A program made the translations under genes and the position numbers. A DNA stretch of 64,000 nucleotides from Phoronis australis. Its lineage: Eukaryota > Animalia > Phoronida. Shown piece after piece: positions 13,301 to 25,300 of this stretch; the stretch's first letter is position 1; each line of letters begins with the position of its first letter. Below the pieces are notes generated by a model. The model had not been told where the DNA came from. It saw nothing but the letters and a program-made list of their open reading frames with translations, and did not search any database. The stretch lies in contig NMRA01000065.1 in assembly GCA_002633005.1 (NCBI GenBank), forward strand, positions 921,066-985,065, read 5' to 3'.

Positions 13301-16300
13301 CTTGTGATTGGCCAAAATGTTTAATTAGCATTTTGCATGTTTTTGGCAAAGTGATAATTAACATAGAAAGCTTTAATTTGTGAAGGCTCGTTTTGAGCGA
13401 CTCGTTTGCCTAATTCTGATCAGATGTCCTGTCTACTTTTCATGCACATTGCCGTCTGTTGCTTTATCTCCTGAACCCCTTGCAGGCTCTTCATGATACT
13501 TGCCACATGTGTTTCTATGGAGCTGGCAACTGATGAAGAAAACTTTTGGACAGATCCAAATACCGCTATATCTCCTAGTGGCAATTTTAATTATTTGCCT
13601 TTGCCTCTGTATCTCCCTGAATATCCTTGACTGGATTTTATAAAATTTGGCAAATATGTTTGTATCAGTGTGGTGATGACACTTTCCTAATGTCTGGTCG
13701 ATTTGGGCCATTCTCACTTCATAAAGTGCGATGAACTGGGGGTCACCCGAGCTCAAAATACACCTAACATTAATTTTTGGATGAGTCTAACTGCTGCAGT
13801 GCTTCCTATTGGCAATTTTTGTTTCTTCCTTTTTCTATGTGGTTCTTTTCTACCAAGCTCCTTACATCTTCATATTAAAGCTTTCTATGCTGAAAATGAC
13901 TCCTGACAGTTTCAGGTGGATTTGACCTTTTTTGAACACATTAGTGGCCATTTTTCTTGTGTCTACTTTTGGCTTCTTGTTTCTTATCTGCAAAGGTCTT
14001 GAGGAACTATCATGAAAGTTGAAAGATGTGTTTCTACTGATGGGAGCATGGCCGACATTATTTATCGTGCAGATGCGCTGTAATGTCTCCTCATTACTGT
14101 ACACAGCTTTTTGGATATGCCTCAATATCTGCAGTGTGATCGCCAACAGATATTTCTGAAATTTGACTTAATATGTGTTTATGGTGCAGAAAGCACAACT
14201 GGCATTGATTTTTGCACAAATCTCTCCACTGTGGTACGCATTAAAGACAAATTTTCATAAATGTGTCTGCCTCTAGAGCTTTGATGAATCATTATAAAAT
14301 TGGACTGAATGTGTTCCAAATGAGGAGAGCTCATTAACAACTGAAGCTATGTCTTCCCAGAAATGATGTTGCAACTGAACCTAATTTTCTTTATGCTTTA
14401 AAAGACTAAAATGTTAAACTTTTAAAAAACAGTTCAAGAATTTTTTCAAATAGTTTGACTGTATCATGGGTGAATTGACTAAATTTTGTTTTTGATGTAA
14501 ATTGTCTCAAATTAGTTTGAAGTTGCAAATTTTTGGTCATCTGAGTGATCATTAGAAATATCACCATCCTACCATTATCCACCATCGTACCATTATACAC
14601 CATCGTACCATTATACACCATCCTACCATTATCCATCATTTAATGTGAATCTTGTCATTTTACTCATCATCGTGCGTGGTCATTTCACTTCACCGCCACC
14701 TAGTGTCAAATTGCTGCAAAGTCTACGCCGCTCTCCTGACTTAGAAGTTGCAAGCCGCGGCTACAATGTGGAACATTTCCGTCAAGCCATGGAAAAAGTG
14801 TGCATCTACCCCAAACAAGTGGTTTATATCTACGTCTATGATCGATTGTATGAAACTGACGTCCAGCTACAGAGGCCTATGAGATCCTACAGTGCTTTGG
14901 ATCTGGCATCTGGTCACAAAAGGTATTATCCTTATCACTTTCCATACTTGACAAAATCTTACCTGCCAAGGGCTTTATATTACTGATCAGGGAAATACAA
15001 CTGCTCTCATATATTACGCCAATTTTCTTAAAGTCATGTTTTGCCTTGTTTAGCTGGCAAAAATGAAAATCAAATTTTATCTCATAATATCGGATTCGTA
15101 ATATTGTTTATCATGATGGGATTCTACTTAATGTTTCCAACTCAAGCTGCAAGCGTAATGAGCCATTTTTGAAATCGCAACTCTAAGGTTAACCAACTAA
15201 TAAAATCTGAGGCACTGGGTAATGAGCCATTTTTTAGCTTGAAACCCAGTCCAGGTAAAAATTGGTATGATGATCCTTGGAAGATTGGAATTTTCAAATG
15301 TGAACACATTACCAGCTGGTTGGTCACCTAGTGTGTAATCCTTTGTATCAACTCATTATGTCATGAAACTATGTGTGCCTGAATTGACTGATGGTCACCC
15401 AGCCACTGCTATTTATTACGTTGGCAGGGAATGGGGTAACTGATCAGAAACTAAATAATGCACTTCAGTTTACAAATTTAATTTGGTTTTGGCACCTGTA
15501 CCAGGTCCATCGTTGGCCAACCACTACAATTCTGAAGCATATTCTTGAGTCAATGATGATTTTGCTGTTGACTTGTTGATTATAGAAATAGAAACCTACA
15601 GTCCAGTGGCAGATCTTGGATACCATAAAGGGGGGCCCAACATGTTGCCTCAGGGAATTGGGCAAAGCATGACTGCATGTGCACAGGCAACCTGAAAGTT
15701 GCAGGGGGGCTGGGGATGGATGTGGACCTGCTGTTCAGAAAATCTATCGGTGAACTAAAAAAAAACGGGGTCAGGATTCCGCCATGCTCTGGGCTTTAAG
15801 CCACCCCTTCTCATCCGCTACCAATTCTAGTTACTGAACTCAGTATTTCCTCTTCCGCTCCAGGCTGTTACTGTTTCATTTTTCTTGCGGCAGCCATGAC
15901 TGTGTAATTCAATTTTAAAAATATGTGACTGTCATTTAAATGACTGTGTAATTCAATTTTAAAAATATGTGACTGTCATTTAAATGACTGTGTAATTCAA
16001 TTTTAAAAATATGTGACTGTCATTTAAATGACTGTGTAATTCAATTTTCGTTCATTAGCCAATGAGTCGAGACAAAATGTAGTTTTGAGTTCCATACCTA
16101 CACCATTGCTGGAAGCCTTAAATTTGAAAAATGAAAAAGGCTAATTGATTACTTTGTGCTAAATTTGTGATGTTATACCATGGTTTTGTTTGATTGACAA
16201 TGTGTACTGAGGAGTGTGAGGTGTAACTTGTTGTTAACCATTTTCTCAACATTTAGAAGCCATGTTGTCCTGTTAAATTGCCTAAAATTGGAAATTAAAA

Positions 16301-19300
16301 TAGTCATCTTACTCTTGAGAAGTCAGTCTCGTACTACTTCCAGTACCAACATGAACGGCAATGGAAGTGGAATCCTATTGTAATTTATGAAGAATTTTAG
16401 TGAAAGAGGGTGAAATGCAGCTTTAAAAGATTATTGTGAAATTTTTTAGTTTTGCCATTTGGCCTTAAAAGTACCATCTTTGCTACTAAGGTGAATAAAG
16501 AAAAACCCAAAGGCTCTGAATTTTCAATGCAAGGAGAAATGTCGAAGACTATTTGTGCTCATAGGCAATGTATACTTGGCAGCTCTGTCATTGAGTGTCC
16601 AAGAGTATTGTATTGACTGGCCTGTCATTAAATTGAAAGTTGTATCAGGTTAGTCCTCTCAGCAGAAACAAGTTAACCTGTCCAGATAAACTGAGCACAG
16701 CTAACCGTTATAGATTATGACTTTGTGATGGTTAGTGTGTAATTAACCATGAATAATTTTGTGTGAGTCTTGCCCTGAAATTTACTAGTTGTATGTGGGA
16801 TATCGTTATTTCGAAATTTGCATTAATTTAGTTAGCTTGTGACAAAAGCCTTGTGGATTCTTTTATACAGAACTGATGTGCTTGCTAAGCAGTTACACCG
16901 ACCATTTCGTCAGGACGCTCAACTACTTGGTCATTCTCCTGACTTGTCTTCAGCTAATCGAAAAAGCTACGATAAGAAAAGGTCCTCTAAAGATAGGCGA
17001 CATTCTGCTGTAGAGGACGACAAAGACCGTGGAAAAGTCTTCTCTTCCGCTAAGATTGGCAAAATCTCTGACAGAGCACCGCACAGACCTTCTGATACAG
17101 ATGATCATCACGGACGCACCAGAAACTTGCCATTTGATAGCAAAGAGAGATTGCAGGTCACTGATGGAAGACAAAGGCGTCACACAATTGCCGATAATTC
17201 CACTAAGCGCCCGCGAGAAAGGTTTTTCTCAGTCCAGGAACCACATTCACCTCTTGGTAAGGATGTCAGCGGTTTGTCTGGTGACAAGCAAGACCTTCTA
17301 GTGCCGTTGTCGTTTGATCACATGATGGACCTATTTGATAACAAGGCAGGCAGCAAGTCACAGAATAAGCCGCCACCTATGGACCGCAGAAGATTTAGTG
17401 GAGTTAGTGGTCCAACAAGTGCCTCAAAGAAAGTTGTCCAAGTGTCTGACAAGAAACCTGCAATACCAGTGTCAGTAGTAACTGTTGCGAAAAAACAATT
17501 TGACTTTGACACAATAATGAATACCTCGTTTACGCGGATGAATCCACTGTTGCCAGCAAAATCTGCAAAGCTGGCCAAGAATCGGTCTCAGCGTAAGTGT
17601 CAGGAGCATGAAGCGGACAGTTCTGCTAGTGATGCTGTTAAGTTTCTTTCAATACAGTCACATGTTGCCCCATCTCCTAAGGAAGATCAGCAGCAGATAG
17701 GCCATGAAATTTCTGCTGATCCAAACGACTTCCTTGGACAAAAAACAGAAGATTTTTCTCTTATCCAGAAAGTTACCCCAAGTTCACGTCTCACTTTTCA
17801 ACTAAACCAGACCTGGCCAAGTGCATCCACACATGCATTAGGTCCTCAGGCATCTGTTTACACAGCAGTTTCAGAAAACAAGGTCAGTCAAATGCAATCA
17901 AGAAAAGTTGCAGAATCAGCTAAGATGAAATATGAGAAGGCACTACAAGCACGTGGTGAAAAAGTTGCAAAGGGAAAGATTGTTAAACCTGATGTATCTT
18001 TGCAAGAGACGAAGGACGTTGGTGCCAAAGTAATCCGCAGAAGCCGCACAGAACGTGGAGATATTCATACAATGCATTCTGAAAAACAAATGAAAGACTC
18101 GAGTGAGGACTTCAGGAAAACCAGGCATTCTGCAGCACAAGCAAAAGATTTTGAGAGAGTGGTTAATAAAAGGAGTAAAAGTTCTTTTAAAAAAGCTGGC
18201 AAGGAACTAGAGATTAAACATGAAGTAACATGCGACAGCACCTCCAGTGTACATGTTGTAACGAGTGATATCATAGATGTGAAAGAGGAACGGCCAATGT
18301 CATTGGGTCAGAAAGAGAGTGTTCACAGCAAGGATTCTGTTCCTGAGAGCCCTGCTAATGCAGAGAAGTTAAAACTCGAAACAGTTCTGTGTAGAGATGA
18401 ATACCTACTTAGTCCTCACAGAGATCATGAAGATGGAGCTTGCTATGTAGCAGTGTCTGTTCAGCAGAAGAACCTAAACACTCCAGTTAAAGCATTCCAT
18501 ATTTCTGGTGACAAAAACAAGCAATCTCATGTGACTTGCTCAGCTGAAGTACAGGCAAGGCTAGAAGAAGCAGAAAATAGAAGCTTTGAAGGCAGAAAGG
18601 ATGAAGTTACATGTATAGAAGGTATATCTGAAGGGAAGCAGGTTGAAGTTGTACTTGTAGAGAGTGTATCTGAAGCTAGTAAGTCTGTAGAGGACACGTC
18701 TGAAGGCAAACAGGCTGAAGTTGTACCTGTGAAAAGCACATCCGAAGTCAAGACAGCTGAAGTTGGACCTGTACAGGGAAAGTCTGAAGCCAGAAAGGCT
18801 AAAGTATCTGTAGAATGTATATCTAAAGAGAAGAAGGCTGAAGTTGGACCTGTACAGGGTAAGTCTGAAGCCAGAAGCGCTGAAGTTGGGTCAGTGGACC
18901 CCATGTCTGGAGACAGAAAGGCTGAAGTACCTGTAGAAGGTACCACTAAAGGGAAGAAGGCTGAAGTTGGACCTGCAGAGGGTGTGTCTGGAGGCAGAAA
19001 GGTGGATGTTGAATCTGTACATGGTGTGTCTGAACCAGCATCTGAAGGTAGAAAGGTTGATGTTGAATCAGTGGGGCGTATGTCTGAAGACAGAAAAGCT
19101 GGAATTAAACCCCCAGAGGACTCATCTCAAGACAGAGATGTTGATGGTGAACAGATGAACAGCATGTCTAAAGGCAAAAAGACTGAAATTGAACCCATAG
19201 AGAGTAGATCTGAACACAGGATGGATGATGTTGAGCCACTGGAAGGCACATCTGAAGGCAGAAAGGCTGAAGTTGGATCTATAGAGAGCCTTTCCAAAAG

Positions 19301-22300
19301 CATTACAGTTCAAGCGGAAGAGGTTAAATATGATATCAATGGGGGGAAAGAGGTTAGTCTTCAACCATTTATGTATCAAAATGCGGTTCTTGATAAAGGA
19401 AAAGAGGAAGTTGGTACTTGCAGGAATTCAGAAGGTAAAAAACTCAGCGTGTGTATGTCTGATATCAGCCACCAGTTATCGGTTTCTGATAAGGACAAAC
19501 CAGCTTATGGCAGCAGTGGTTCACTTCCCCCATTGGTGGACACAATGCCCATGCCTGGTGTAGGTACTGGATTAGCTGCTCATGTACCAGGCCGTGAAGA
19601 GTCACAGAGATTAGTTGTCAGGGAATTTGTTGACTCCTTTTTCTCCCTGGGAGTTCCTGCTCCACCTGGTAAATCCCGACTACCCGTGATCGCACCAATA
19701 CCAGAGCGTATCCCCGGCAAAACGTGGGACGAGAGGAAAATCAATCAGAATGTGGCTGGAAAATCCATTGATGCATCTAGTCATGAGCATCTTTTACCGT
19801 CGGCTGGGGCCTGGGTCAGACGTAGAAAGTTTGAAGAACAGAAGCCTCCTTCGAAACAGGCGCGCACTCGAGGAGCGCTGCTGAATACACCTTTTATATC
19901 GCAGTACTTGGAGTATACTCAGCCTAAGCCACCAAGCACTCCGGTCAAGCTGAATATTGTGTTAGACAAGAAACTTCTCTCAACTGGTCTCATGGATAGG
20001 ATTGAAGAAGGCGTCATTGCTGATGTGGAGGGGTTAGTCACACTTTTTGTGTTTACTTCTCTATATGTTGACTTGTAAAGGTAGTGACCTTGAGTGGGCA
20101 TCATTAAGTGATGATATTTAACTGCAAGAAGATTATTTACAAACCCGTGTCATTCAAAACCTTAATACTACCAGGCATTAGAAGTAAACTTGTCACAGCA
20201 TGTCAGTGAGCATAATGTGAAGGAATAACAAACTGATGGTTCTTTGTAAACCCAAAAATCTATTTTCACCTGAGTGGAACAAGTTTGGAACAACTTTTAC
20301 ATGCGTGCACCCAGGGGGGCTTGAGGGCTCGAATGAGCCCCCCATTCGGCAAAGTGAGCAAAAAAGATCCGTTGCAAACAAAAAGTCAAAAAAAGAAAAC
20401 TAGACATAAGTCCACTAAGACAGGAGCTAACAAAATTCAGCGAATGCACAATTAATGGCTCTAAACATAACCCTTTTTTGTTTTTTTTAGTAAAAGGTGC
20501 ACATTCTCAAAAATTTGAGGCCCCCCCTCATTTATAAGCTGTGTACGTGCATGTTTGATAGTGTTAATTGAACTGAATCAAAAGTTTTCTTTCCGGTCAG
20601 AAAATATTAAGTTAATTGACATTTTAAACAGAAATCTACTTTCTGACATAAAAAAAATCTTTCAACATACAGCAGTTTTAAAAAACTGAGTGAACTAAAA
20701 GAGAAGATAGAGAGTAAATCTGAAGAATTGCTGATAGGTCTTCGCTCTATCTTTGATGAAGAGACAATAATTCGAAATAGAAGAACATTTACTGGAACAT
20801 TATTGCTAATAATTAATCTGTGTAAAAACTATGCTTTTATTGTTTACAGTCAACGTGACATGGTTCCCAGTCAGCCAACAGAGGTCCAAAAGTAAATCAA
20901 GCTTTCATTTCATTCTCATAACCATAATTCTCATTTGCATCCTCTTGCCATGTACATAGATTTCATTCTATTTCACTTTGCATTTGCTACATTCTTAAAA
21001 TTATCATGTTGTCAATTTCCATCATTCAATGATTGTTGCAACTGATGAGTTGATTTAAATTGAGAACTGCAGTTTATTCAGATGCTTTGAGTAACATTAA
21101 TTTTGTGGTTACATGTTGATGTTGAGATAAACGTTTCGTCACCATGTAGTGGGGCAGCACTAATTGTCTTCACATTGGTGATATGAGAACAAATCTCACA
21201 AACTAAACATTTGGTCTGAACAATTCAGCTGACAATTATATGGTGTACATTATTCAGCTAAAGAAGGGTAAATGGATTCCAGGACAAAATGCTTCACCTA
21301 TATTGTGCTCGAGTTGGAGAGTACATGCCAAGAGTTATGAGACAAAATACCAAATCCCCTTTGTATAATTCTAGTTCTATTAATTGCAGTAAAAATGATG
21401 AGTGATGATTTCATGACACTACTCCTTGTCATGATAATAGGCAGCTTCTGTTTTGCCAAAATCCACTGATCGTGCTCAGTGGTGATGCTACGAATTCTGG
21501 GTCATTTCGTCTGATTTTTGTCACATACTGTTAAATTAGTGCTTTTTAATTTGTTTCATTTCAGTACCGTACTATCTTAGATTTACGGTATTTTATCTGT
21601 TTAAAATACACGTTTTCTTGGGTTGGGTTGCATAAAATCTCAAAACGTATCCAGTGGATACCTAGTAGGGACTATTATATGTCTGCATTGTTCAACTACG
21701 GCAGAGTAACATGCAATGCTGCGTAATAGTTTATGCACAAAAGTTCTGTTGATTGTATCCAGGTTCCAGAATCTGACAGAATCTGTGAAGAGTGAGGTTG
21801 CGCATCAGCTGGTCGAACAACAGGTGACTCGTGAAAAACACCAGGTACTGCAGGTCATGCTGCAGCAGCACAAAGTCATGGCCGAGAAGATTAAAGCAGC
21901 CGTGGACAAGGTTGGTGTCCACTAAAAAAAGCAGGAACTACCAAAATTTGGCAAATACACAATTCATAGATCTGAACCTACCTCCTGAATCTTGGTGAAA
22001 GGTCCACATTCTCAAAAATTTGAGCTCTCCATTTTTTGGGCTAGGTGCGCTTATGCAAAATTCCACCACGTCCTGTCTGGTTCAGTAATCTACGGTACCA
22101 GATTTTTGCAGTTCAAGGTCACTAATTTCTTTTAAAATAGACCAATCCTGAAATCCCACAGCCCCACTCTAAAAGATAATGTCATCACTGTTTGGCAACA
22201 CTGGTGACGCTATTTCCCTGCTTGTTGCCACCAGGTGGCAATAAAAAGAGGACTTTGACCTCTGGCATAACTGTCGTCAGCCCTTCCAAAACTGGTTATG

Positions 22301-25300
22301 GTAGAGTTAAAAAATCAAGCATCATTTTGCACGTCTCGAGTGCAAAAGTGGATGATTAAAAATACCTTACTATTGCCTCAATATAGACCAGAACTAAATA
22401 CTTTTTGGCCTCACAGGCTCGGTAGTGCAATTATTATAATTGTTTTGTCCAGAGAGGGTCATGACAAAATTCATTTTTTCATTCGTTTTCATTACCTCAC
22501 TGAAATTTTCAGTGTAATGTGACTCGATGCTTTCCTCAGCGCCTAGCAGGTGGTGCTGCAGACAGGTGCAGGCTGGGCTTTTATAGCGGACTTTTCTAGG
22601 CGAATGGCAGGTATCCATCAGAATCCACCAAAAATCTGCTATGAATCGTGGTGATGGCGAGTAAAAACTCAGACAAGTCTAAAACATGCTGTGCGCACCG
22701 CCACCTTATAGGCACTTAGGAAGACATCCATGAAGTTGTTATGCCAAACAGTACGTGAACTAGGAAGAATGTATTTCGTCATGTCCGGTATACTTGCTAT
22801 CCTAATGAAGCCATTTGGAGAATTTCCCCCGATTTTTCTGATGTTTGGTCATCCTTTTGTAAGGGAACCTATTGCTTTTTCAGCAACACAAGGCCGCTGT
22901 GCAGGAGCTCACTCAACTGAAAGCAATGCACAAGCGCAACCTTTTGGAAATCAAGAATTTATTTGAGTCTGAAAAGTTATCTGAGAGACAATATAATGTA
23001 AGTATTGCCCATGTCGCAGAATGTGTTATAGTATTTTGGCATCATTTTGGTTTAGTCACCATGTTACATAACTGTCTGCTGTTGTTTACTCTTACCAGTT
23101 TCTCAGAGAAGGGAATTGGTATTGCATTCCTTCTACATCTTTTTTGATTGGTTGATTCTTGTATCTCTCTGCAATAGAACTAGTTAGCCTCAACCTCCTT
23201 GCTTCTATCTGTTCCAACAAACCACCTCTATGTACCATCATAGCCGAACTGCATTTTTCCTGTACATCGCAGCCTGTCCCCCTGGCCCCCAGGGCAGCCT
23301 AAGGCTTTCCCACATACTTCAATCTTCACTTAATGGTATTCAAAGAATATTTACAACTTTACTAATTAAAAATTAGACCTCTCACCTACAACATTTCCCA
23401 CCAGCTCAAACTCTACGACAACTTCATTGAAGTACCAGTGATAAGCACTGGACAGCGTTCCGTAGATGCAAGAACTAGTCACAAAAATGCTGGACTGCAC
23501 AAGTTCATGCACGAGATCACCATTCACTGCAAGCAAAGCATGTGACTCCGTCTAGCTTCACATGCTGATTCTTGTGTCTATAAAAGGCAGCTTTTGTGAT
23601 GCACTCCATAACGAAACGACTGCTCTTGTTAGTTGTTGATGGACCAGTGTAGTCATCTATGTGCAGCAAGCCTTTTGATGGACCAGTGTGGTCATCTAGG
23701 TACAGTCATTAAAGGATAGGTTGACTCGTTGACCTGAGAGTGCTATCATCACAGAAACCCGCCCTCACTGCTCCGATGGTCGGTAATGGCGGGAGATAAT
23801 ATTGGTTTTCTAATGCACTCAGGCATGCAGCTACCAGTCCAGCCTCGTATTATCTTCAGGGAGTTGAGATGGGCATACCGTCATAACATGAACAAATCTG
23901 CTGCTAGATTTGTAATAAATGCCTTAACTTTTAATTCTCAAAAGCTCTCACTATAAAAGCAGGAACTCTTTATCTGGACTTAAAGGTTTTGTCATCTTTA
24001 ATTTTCAGTTGCTGTTCAATGTAATTGAAGACCTGATATTTTTACCACAAGAGTATATTAAAGTTCTGAATGAGCAGCGCACCCTAGTGATCAATGCCAG
24101 ACGTGCTCAAGGTTTGTCTTGGACTATTTTAGTGTTTTAGCATTTAATTAAAACTAAAAATCTCTTTGACAGTTGGCCCGACAAGTTATCTGAAAGATGC
24201 TATAAATGTTGTTTTTCTCACAATATTGCATGATGATAATTCTTTCTGTAGACCATGTAAGATATCAGAATTTTTTATTATTTTATTTCTGATGTGCCTC
24301 ACTTTAAATAATGCCATTTGTACGATTAGTCCAAAGGTTTTACTTCATTTCATTGGACTGCATCAGTGTTTGTAATAACAGAATTATGGATTGCAAATGA
24401 TAAAAGATTGTGAAATTCTAAATTAAAATTAATTTTTGTTGCCTTACAATGGTTATGCTACTGTGTTGATTGTCTGTTTCTTTCGTTAAAGTTGCAATAT
24501 TTTTTTAACTTGCAGAAGAACTTGAGGCTTTGTTGAAGGATAGCACTATTAATGCAGAGAAGATGGAAGCAGCGGAGAACACGCTCAATACCTCTGGAGA
24601 GCAGCTAATGAAGGTTTGTTGTGCCCAAAATAAAAATTGGAACGTGCGATGACCTTAAAATTGAGTTCCGTCAAAAAACTAGGTCACTGGCCCCATGTCT
24701 AATCTGTGTCAAAATGCCCCTGTGTATGAAAAAAAGGACTGTCAGTTGTCAGGTAAAAAACATCTGGAGCATTTGCGAACCAAGAATGCTTCTGAAAATT
24801 GCAAGGCTAGCCAAAATATTTACTTAACTTCAGTTAAGTTTGCTAGTTAAGTGTGGGACTGTGATAGCTGAGGCCATGAGTTCGAATCCTTCTTGGGGGT
24901 GATCTCAAAATACACTTAACTTGACGATTTTGTTAACAGTAAACGTCAGATAATCTGAAATTAAACCTCACTCAATAAGCAGCTGTCCATTTTAAGCGTA
25001 TTTAACCAATATAAAATCGCCAGTGGCAGTTTCAGCTAAAGACCAGCAGCTGACTGCGAGAATTGGCGATTCGTAATAAAATCACAAATTTTAAAACAAC
25101 AGATTTTGTTGTTTTGTTTTAAGCAAATTCAATAACTAAGTCTATTCCAACAATAATTCCAAAAATGCGTTTTCAGAATGTAAGCAGTAACATAATTGAA
25201 GTGCATGTTTAAGTAATTTTCAGACATGTTTGTGATCTGCTGATTACGCTCCAGTCCGATCACAAGCTTGGACGAACACGGCAGTCCTAGAATGTACCAG

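Noticed and set aside
13760-14400. Minus-strand 94-aa ORF and coding-looking neighbourhood
   Set aside because: No recognisable motifs, multiple stops in all frames, and no consistent splice structure.
15896-16048. Regularly spaced repeats here and at 51117-51446 considered as CRISPR-like arrays
   Set aside because: Units are contiguous with no unique spacers, there are no cas genes, and the context is a eukaryotic intron.
18580-19290. Idea that the SEGRK/SEARK repeats of the neighbouring gene are separase cleavage sites
   Set aside because: The spacing is E-x-R, not the E-x-x-R separase consensus, and adjacency alone is no evidence.
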